Source: an uncultured Bacteroides sp. (GTDB lineage Bacteria; Bacteroidota; Bacteroidia; Bacteroidales; Bacteroidaceae). From it: a DNA stretch of 64,000 bases. The stretch lies in the NCBI GenBank assembly GCA_947074205.1, contig CAMTOQ010000014.1:400-64399 (forward strand), read 5' to 3'. Both the position numbers and the translations under genes were made by a program. Shown here one piece after another: positions 55,624-64,000 of this stretch (the stretch's first letter is position 1; each line of letters starts with the position of its first letter). The notes beneath the pieces are model-generated. The model did no database searches, was not told the DNA's origin, and worked only from the letters and a program-made list of their open reading frames with translations.

Positions 55624-56640
55624 TTAAAATTCTACTAGTATTCTGAAGACTTTGCCTGGATCGGCAGCCCACTCTTGCATGGCCGCCAAGGCATCTTCGG
55701 GCTGAACCACCTTAGAAATAAGTTCATCTAGCGGACAGTTACATTGCTCTAGGTAGTGAATCACGGCACGGAAATCGTTAGGCAAGGCATTGCGCGAGCC
55801 GCGAATATCCAATTCTTTCTGAACAAAGTATTTGGTTTGGAAAGCCACTTCGCTCTTAGCATAACCAATACAAACCACACGCCCTGTAAATGCAGCCTCG
55901 TTAACCGCCATTACATAGGTAGTTGGGCTACCTACTGCTTCGATCACCACATCTGCACCTAGGTTTTCGGTGATTTCTAACATACGTTGGTGCACATCTT
56001 CAGTCTTCGAATTAATCACGAAACTTGCACCACAACGCTTAGCAAGTTCTAGCTTGTCATCATCCAAATCGACTGCAATAACGATAGCACCACGAAGCGA
56101 AGCACGTACAATGGCACCTACACCAATCATACCGCAACCAATCACCATCACAGTTTCGTTATCGGCCACTTGTGCACGCGATACAGCGTGGAAACCTACA
56201 CTCATCGGTTCGATCAACGCACAGTCGCGAGCCGAAAGATGGTGAACTGGGATTACCTTTTCCCAAGGCACAAGTGCATACTCGCACATCACACCGTTGC
56301 GTTGCACACCGAAAGTCTCGTTGCGTTCGCAAGCATTCACACGCCCGTTGCGACATGAAGCACAGTTGCCACAGCTAGTATAAGGATTAAGCGTTACATT
56401 CATACCCACTTTGAAATCGGCAGGAACACCGCTACCTATTTCTTCGATAACAGCACCCACTTCGTGACCTGGGATGATTGGAAGTTTCACCATTGGGTTC
56501 TTACCCAAAAAGGTGTTAAGATCCGAACCACAAAAGCCTACATATTTGATTCTTACCAATATTTTACCTGCTTCGATAGTAGGTTTGTCAATGTTTACCA
56601 CCTTCATTTCCGAAGGGTTGGTGATTTGAACAGCTTTCAT
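55624..56640 (-). CDS. Zn-dependent MDR dehydrogenase (probable L-galactonate dehydrogenase)
   Basis: CGSD, GHE, CxxCxxCx7C, GCGMIG, GSRNA; third gene of an AKR-amidohydrolase-MDR trio. Confidence 0.8.
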   Translation of the reverse strand: MKAVQITNPSEMKVVNIDKPTIEAGKILVRIKYVGFCGSDLNTFLGKNPMVKLPIIPGHEVGAVIEEIGSGVPADFKVGMNVTLNPYTSCGNCASCRNGRVNACERNETFGVQRNGVMCEYALVPWEKVIPVHHLSARDCALIEPMSVGFHAVSRAQVADNETVMVIGCGMIGVGAIVRASLRGAIVIAVDLDDDKLELAKRCGASFVINSKTEDVHQRMLEITENLGADVVIEAVGSPTTYVMAVNEAAFTGRVVCIGYAKSEVAFQTKYFVQKELDIRGSRNALPNDFRAVIHYLEQCNCPLDELISKVVQPEDALAAMQEWAADPGKVFRILVEF

Positions 56641-56672
56641 TTTTTTGTTTTTCAATTGTTATCTAAAGTCTT

Positions 56673-57596
56673 CTATTCAGACATGTTTTTTATATACTCG
56701 GGGCGAACTAAATCGGTAAAGCCATAGAAGTTTACAGCATTTTGGCCAAGGAAAAGAGCTTTCTCTTGATGCGTCAACTCTGTAGATTTCACCACAAAGT
56801 CATAAGACATCTTATAGGTGATGGCAGTGATGGTGCGAGGGTAATCCGATCCCCACATTAGTTTATCCATTCCCACAAGATCGGCAGCAGTTTTAATAGC
56901 TTTTATCGCACCATGAAAAGGATAAAATTCATCGTTGAACAACCATGTGATGCCACCCGACTCAATCATCACATTGGGATGACGAGCCAGCTTAACTTGC
57001 TCTTCCCAACGTTCGCGTGTCACCATAGCAAAATGACCAATAGCTATCTTGAGGTTTGGACACTCCTTAATCACCTCTTCCATCTCGGCTACTTGCAAAT
57101 CGCCATCAGCCAAGTCGATGGAGAGAATAATGTCGTGCGCCTCCATATAATGGAATAGCTGCATCATCTCATCACACGTCAGCATCACTCGACCGTTCTT
57201 TAAGAACAGACGTTGTGCAGGAATCTTGATGGCTTTAAAACCTTGAGCAATGAGTTGCTTAGCTTGTTCAAAATAACCTGGCTGGCGATACTCGCACATC
57301 CCGCAAACAAAGAAACGATTGGGGAAGCGACGCGCCACATCTAGCAGATAGTCATTCTGGAAACCATCGATGAATTCTTGTGTGATGACAGCAGCCGAAA
57401 CCTGTGCATAGTCCATATTAGAAAGAAACACTTCGGCGCTGTTTATACCATCAATCATAAACGGTGGCACCATTTGGCGGACTTCACCCATAAAGAGTGA
57501 ACGTCCGTTATCTAGTGTCTTAATGGCTAAATCGTCTACAATTGTATCTTGTTTCAGCCATAGATGAGCATGAGCATCAATTACCGTGTAGTTCAT
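56673..57596 (-). CDS. Amidohydrolase_2 family lactonase (probable L-galactono-1,5-lactonase)
   Basis: IDAHAH, IGHF, MWGSDYP; gene context. Confidence 0.8.
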   Translation of the reverse strand: MNYTVIDAHAHLWLKQDTIVDDLAIKTLDNGRSLFMGEVRQMVPPFMIDGINSAEVFLSNMDYAQVSAAVITQEFIDGFQNDYLLDVARRFPNRFFVCGMCEYRQPGYFEQAKQLIAQGFKAIKIPAQRLFLKNGRVMLTCDEMMQLFHYMEAHDIILSIDLADGDLQVAEMEEVIKECPNLKIAIGHFAMVTRERWEEQVKLARHPNVMIESGGITWLFNDEFYPFHGAIKAIKTAADLVGMDKLMWGSDYPRTITAITYKMSYDFVVKSTELTHQEKALFLGQNAVNFYGFTDLVRPEYIKNMSE

Positions 57597-57600
57597 AAGT

Positions 57601-58533
57601 TTAGGAATTTGCCCAGCTTACACGCTGTTGGTCACCAATGATTTCTTTAACCGCTTTCACCATATCCCAGTCGATTGGTTCCTCAAGGTAAGCCACATTC
57701 TTCTTCACGTTGGCAGGATTAGAAGTACTGAAAAGTGTAGTGCTAATGGCAGGGTTGCTGACCGAGTATTGTACAGCCAACTTCTCAATAGGATAGTTCT
57801 TCTCTTTACAATAAGCCGCAGCCTTTTCGCAAGCCTCAACCAGCGGTTTAGGAGCAGGATGCCAAGACGGAATGCCACGTTCGCTCAACAAGCCCATTGA
57901 AAGAGGTGAGGCATTGATAATACCAATCTCTCTTGACTTAAAGAAGTCGATGTAGTCTTCAAGTTCATCATCGCATAGGCAATAGTGGCAGAAGTTCAAT
58001 ACTGATTCCACACTACCTGCTGGAGCATGCTCGATAACCCATTTAAGATTGGCCAACTGCAAATCGGTAATTCCCACATGGCCCACAATACCTTTCTCGC
58101 GAAGCTCTACTAGAGCAGGAAGTGTTTTTTGCACCACCTGATTCATATCCGAGAACTCAACATCATGTACATTAATCAAATCGATATAGTCTACATGAAG
58201 GCGATCCAAACTTTGATAAACACTCTCTTGAGCACGCTTAGCGCTATAGTCCCAAGTGTTTACCCCGTTCTCACCATATCGACCAACTTTGGTCGATAGG
58301 TAATACTTGTCGCGTGGTATATCTTTCAGTGCCTTGCCCAAAACAGTCTCGGCCTTATAGTGTCCATAGTAAGGAGATACATCAATAAAGTTCAAGCCTA
58401 GGTCGATAGCAGTAAAGACTGCATCAATGCCCTCTGTCTCTTTGATTGAATGGAATACACCACCCAAAGAAGAAGCGCCAAAGCTAAGTTCGGAAACCTT
58501 CATTCCGGTTTTACCGATTTCGTTGTATTTCAT
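57601..58533 (-). CDS. Aldo/keto reductase (probable L-galactose dehydrogenase)
   Basis: FGASSLG, IDVSPYYG, STKVGRYG, HDVEF and ASPLSMGLL resemble L-galactose dehydrogenases. Confidence 0.82.
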   Translation of the reverse strand: MKYNEIGKTGMKVSELSFGASSLGGVFHSIKETEGIDAVFTAIDLGLNFIDVSPYYGHYKAETVLGKALKDIPRDKYYLSTKVGRYGENGVNTWDYSAKRAQESVYQSLDRLHVDYIDLINVHDVEFSDMNQVVQKTLPALVELREKGIVGHVGITDLQLANLKWVIEHAPAGSVESVLNFCHYCLCDDELEDYIDFFKSREIGIINASPLSMGLLSERGIPSWHPAPKPLVEACEKAAAYCKEKNYPIEKLAVQYSVSNPAISTTLFSTSNPANVKKNVAYLEEPIDWDMVKAVKEIIGDQQRVSWANS

Positions 58534-58565
58534 AATTCGTATGTTTATTGTTAAACAGTCGTCTA

Positions 58566-61403
58566 TTACTCAAACTTCAAAGTGAAGCTAGCATGATGCA
58601 CGCCCGAAGCCCAATATGCTTGCGACGATGGACCTACAAGATCGGTAGTGTTCACCTTGTTTCTCACAGCAGGAATCACCTTCATCAAACTGATACCTGT
58701 TGATGGTAATTTATAAAGCAACTCATCACGGCCATCACGAGGTTGATATACACCTACATAAGCATCGGGAGTACGGTTCATAAAGTTGATCACACCATCT
58801 TTAGTCTTGATTTGCATCCATTGCACGTTAGAGAAGTAACCTTTAAATTCAGGGTATGTAAAGCTTTCGGCAGGGATTGGATCGTTGTAATCATTCTCCC
58901 AAAGACCTAACTGAGGACCATGAAGACGATTCTGCCATACACGGTATGGTCCGGCTCCAACCCACTTCTTGCTGAGTACCTTTTCTTCTGGATAGTCAAA
59001 CATAACACCCATAAGATCGACTACACCATTAAAGTTGTAAGCAACGTCAACATTTGCTGTACCATTAGGAGCGATAGTCCAAACTACCTTATCCAATGAG
59101 CCAAGGCGATAAGTAGCTGTTACTACCAAGCTATCACCCGCATTAGCAGTTGTGAAGCCTACAAATTTGCCCGCATCTTCGAAAGTACTATATTGCGTTT
59201 TCTTCTTTTCAGCATCTTTATCATCGTGATTGTAGAACTGATCCAAAGATCGGTCTGAACGACGTGCTGCCACAAAACGTGGACCATCACTCAATTCAAT
59301 GGTACGACCTTTTACAGCTACACTCTTCAACTCACCATCTTCTTTCGAGAAAGTGAACACATCGCTACCGGCTGTTACAGTCAACAGTTGTGCAGTTTCG
59401 CTGAAACTAGGTTTAGTTGCGTTAGCCCATGAACCCTGATTTACATTATCCAATTTGTATACCCAAGTAAACAAATCTTGAGCTGTTGCGTCATAAGCTG
59501 TAACGATCAATGCATTAGCACCTTTCACTGCAGCAGGGATTTGTACTGTTCCGGCAGAACGTGCAGGAACATTAGGACCTTTTACCTCACCTTGCTTCAA
59601 TACCTTAGTTGCCGACTTATCGGTAGGCGAAGGAAGAGTAACATATTCGTATTTAAAACGACAAGTATTGAGGTTAAGGAAGTCGTAACGGTTTTCAATC
59701 TCTAGCGTACCATTGAAGTTAGATGTAATCTCCTTGTTCATGATTTGGATAGGACACCACACTTGTTTGATAGTATAGTAGCTACCTTCCTTTTCATGAT
59801 TAGGGCCCACAATTCCGTCGGCACCAAAGTTGCCTACATTGTCGATATAGCCACCCATGTCTACACGCACCACACCTTCATCAGCCAATACCCAAAGGAA
59901 ACCTCCTGAGCAGCGAGGATGGTTGCGCATCATCTCCCAGTAATCATTCAAACCAGCTCCATGACCACCGTCATAAAGACCATGCAAGAATTCAGTAGGC
60001 ATAAAGATTTCGGGTTGGCGCATATAGTTTTGGCTCTCTCCGTAAGAACGGTAGTGCATAGTTTCATAACCACTGAAGTTACCTTGTGGATGAATCACAG
60101 GACGCTTTTGTGGGTCGTATTTGTGGAACTCACCATCTAGTTCAGTGTTCCAACCTTTTTCATTACCATTGGCCCACCAAATCACTGAAGGGTGATTAAC
60201 ATCACGAGTAACCAATTCTTTCACCAACTTTTGGCCTACAATAGTTTCGTGTTTTCCATGCCATCCTGTTAATTCATTCATTACGTAAAGGCCCAACGAG
60301 TCACAAGCCTCCAAGAACTCAGGATCGGCAGCGTAATGGCTCAAACGAACAGCATTCATATTCATGCTCTTTATAAGCAATACATCTTCGATGTTTTTAG
60401 CTTTACTCAATGTACGACCACTCTCAGGGCGGAAGCTGTGACGATTCACCCCTTTAATAAGGATACGTTCGCCATTGATATAAAGGCCGTCACTCTCGCG
60501 AGTTTCGATAGTGCGGAAACCGAACTTTTGCTTTTCTGTGTGAAGCACCTTGCCATCTTTACCCATCAAGCTAAAGGTAGCCGTATACATATTAGGAGTT
60601 TCAGCCGACCAAGGTTGTACAGACTTCACATCCATTTGCACCAAAGCAATATCGCTAGAGGTACGAACAGGAGTAGTTTGTTCTGCTACCTTCTTACCTT
60701 CTTTGTTGGTAATGATAGTCTTTACAGATGCACCTTCTAGTGCTCTGCTCAAATTACATTCAGCAGTAAATTGACCATTGGCTAAAGCATTGATATTAAC
60801 TTGACCGATGTTGATAGCAGGCTTCGATATAATGAATACAGGACGAATCAAACCACCGAAGTTCCAGTAGTCAGCACGACGTTCCGAAAGGTTAACCCCT
60901 GCATTAGTACTCTCTTTGCTCACTGTCACTTCGAGTACATTCTTTTTATCGGGGCCAAAGAACACACGATCACTCACATTGCTCACAAAACGGTTGAAAC
61001 CACCTTGATGAGGTTCGCAAGCCTTACGACCATTGATCTTAGCTTCTGTGTCAGTCATAGAAGCCTCAAATACAAGTTCTATCTGACGGCCATTCCATTC
61101 GGCTGGAAGTTCAAATTCATATTTATATAGACCCTTCTCATCGGCAATACCTTCGGGGAAAGCTTTGCCATAGAAGCGCATACCATATTGATAAGTACCA
61201 AAGCCTTGAAGCTCCCAACATGAAGGAACACCAATCTTGGTCCATTTGCCTGAATTATTGCCGCCTGTGCAGAAGAAATCCCACTCCACCATATCATCAC
61301 ACCCTTTACCCGAAAGATATTGGCGTTGCGTTTCCACATTCGATTGTGCAAATAGGCTTGAGGTTAAAGCTAAAGCAGCTAAAATAGAGGTTACTCTTTT
61401 CAT
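58566..61403 (-). CDS. GH2 glycoside hydrolase (beta-galactosidase/glucuronidase-like)
   Basis: KGVNRH, NAVRLSHY, NHPSVIWWANGNE, PTEFLH, Bgal_small C-terminus. Start set at the MKRVTS signal peptide. Confidence 0.9.
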   Translation of the reverse strand: MKRVTSILAALALTSSLFAQSNVETQRQYLSGKGCDDMVEWDFFCTGGNNSGKWTKIGVPSCWELQGFGTYQYGMRFYGKAFPEGIADEKGLYKYEFELPAEWNGRQIELVFEASMTDTEAKINGRKACEPHQGGFNRFVSNVSDRVFFGPDKKNVLEVTVSKESTNAGVNLSERRADYWNFGGLIRPVFIISKPAINIGQVNINALANGQFTAECNLSRALEGASVKTIITNKEGKKVAEQTTPVRTSSDIALVQMDVKSVQPWSAETPNMYTATFSLMGKDGKVLHTEKQKFGFRTIETRESDGLYINGERILIKGVNRHSFRPESGRTLSKAKNIEDVLLIKSMNMNAVRLSHYAADPEFLEACDSLGLYVMNELTGWHGKHETIVGQKLVKELVTRDVNHPSVIWWANGNEKGWNTELDGEFHKYDPQKRPVIHPQGNFSGYETMHYRSYGESQNYMRQPEIFMPTEFLHGLYDGGHGAGLNDYWEMMRNHPRCSGGFLWVLADEGVVRVDMGGYIDNVGNFGADGIVGPNHEKEGSYYTIKQVWCPIQIMNKEITSNFNGTLEIENRYDFLNLNTCRFKYEYVTLPSPTDKSATKVLKQGEVKGPNVPARSAGTVQIPAAVKGANALIVTAYDATAQDLFTWVYKLDNVNQGSWANATKPSFSETAQLLTVTAGSDVFTFSKEDGELKSVAVKGRTIELSDGPRFVAARRSDRSLDQFYNHDDKDAEKKKTQYSTFEDAGKFVGFTTANAGDSLVVTATYRLGSLDKVVWTIAPNGTANVDVAYNFNGVVDLMGVMFDYPEEKVLSKKWVGAGPYRVWQNRLHGPQLGLWENDYNDPIPAESFTYPEFKGYFSNVQWMQIKTKDGVINFMNRTPDAYVGVYQPRDGRDELLYKLPSTGISLMKVIPAVRNKVNTTDLVGPSSQAYWASGVHHASFTLKFE

Positions 61404-61426
61404 AGTTACTGTTTTAATTTGATTGC

Positions 61427-64000
<2,574 letters not shown>

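Overview
Bacteroidales chromosomal segment. The first ~4.7 kb holds the end of a [FeFe]-hydrogenase maturation operon (hydG partial, hydF), a TPR-only protein and an SDR. The remaining ~59 kb looks like one pectin (rhamnogalacturonan-II-type) utilisation locus. It carries GH141, GH31, GH106, a DUF5703/GH139-like enzyme, three GH2s, three PL1 lyase domains (one fused to CE8), an O-acetylesterase, two SusC/SusD pairs, an HTCS, an ECF sigma factor with a truncated 79-aa anti-sigma-like gene, an L-galactose-type catabolic trio and three T9SS-CTD proteins. Main observations: (1) a cobalamin-dependent methyltransferase set (MT1-corrinoid fusion, Zn-thiol MT2, stand-alone MetH-type reactivase) sits with GH141, a cytoplasmic GH31 and a Na+/sugar symporter, suggesting an O-methyl-sugar demethylation pathway. 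(2) A bipartite motif, R(A/G)(G/T)TAC-N16/17-(C/A)GTC, read directly from the sequence upstream of nine transcription units, looks like the ECF promoter and links the methyltransferase genes to the pectin genes. (3) A dispersed 22-bp palindromic tandem repeat occurs at three intergenic sites, each with an IHF-like flanking motif. Family calls come from motif recognition and recall; no database search was run.
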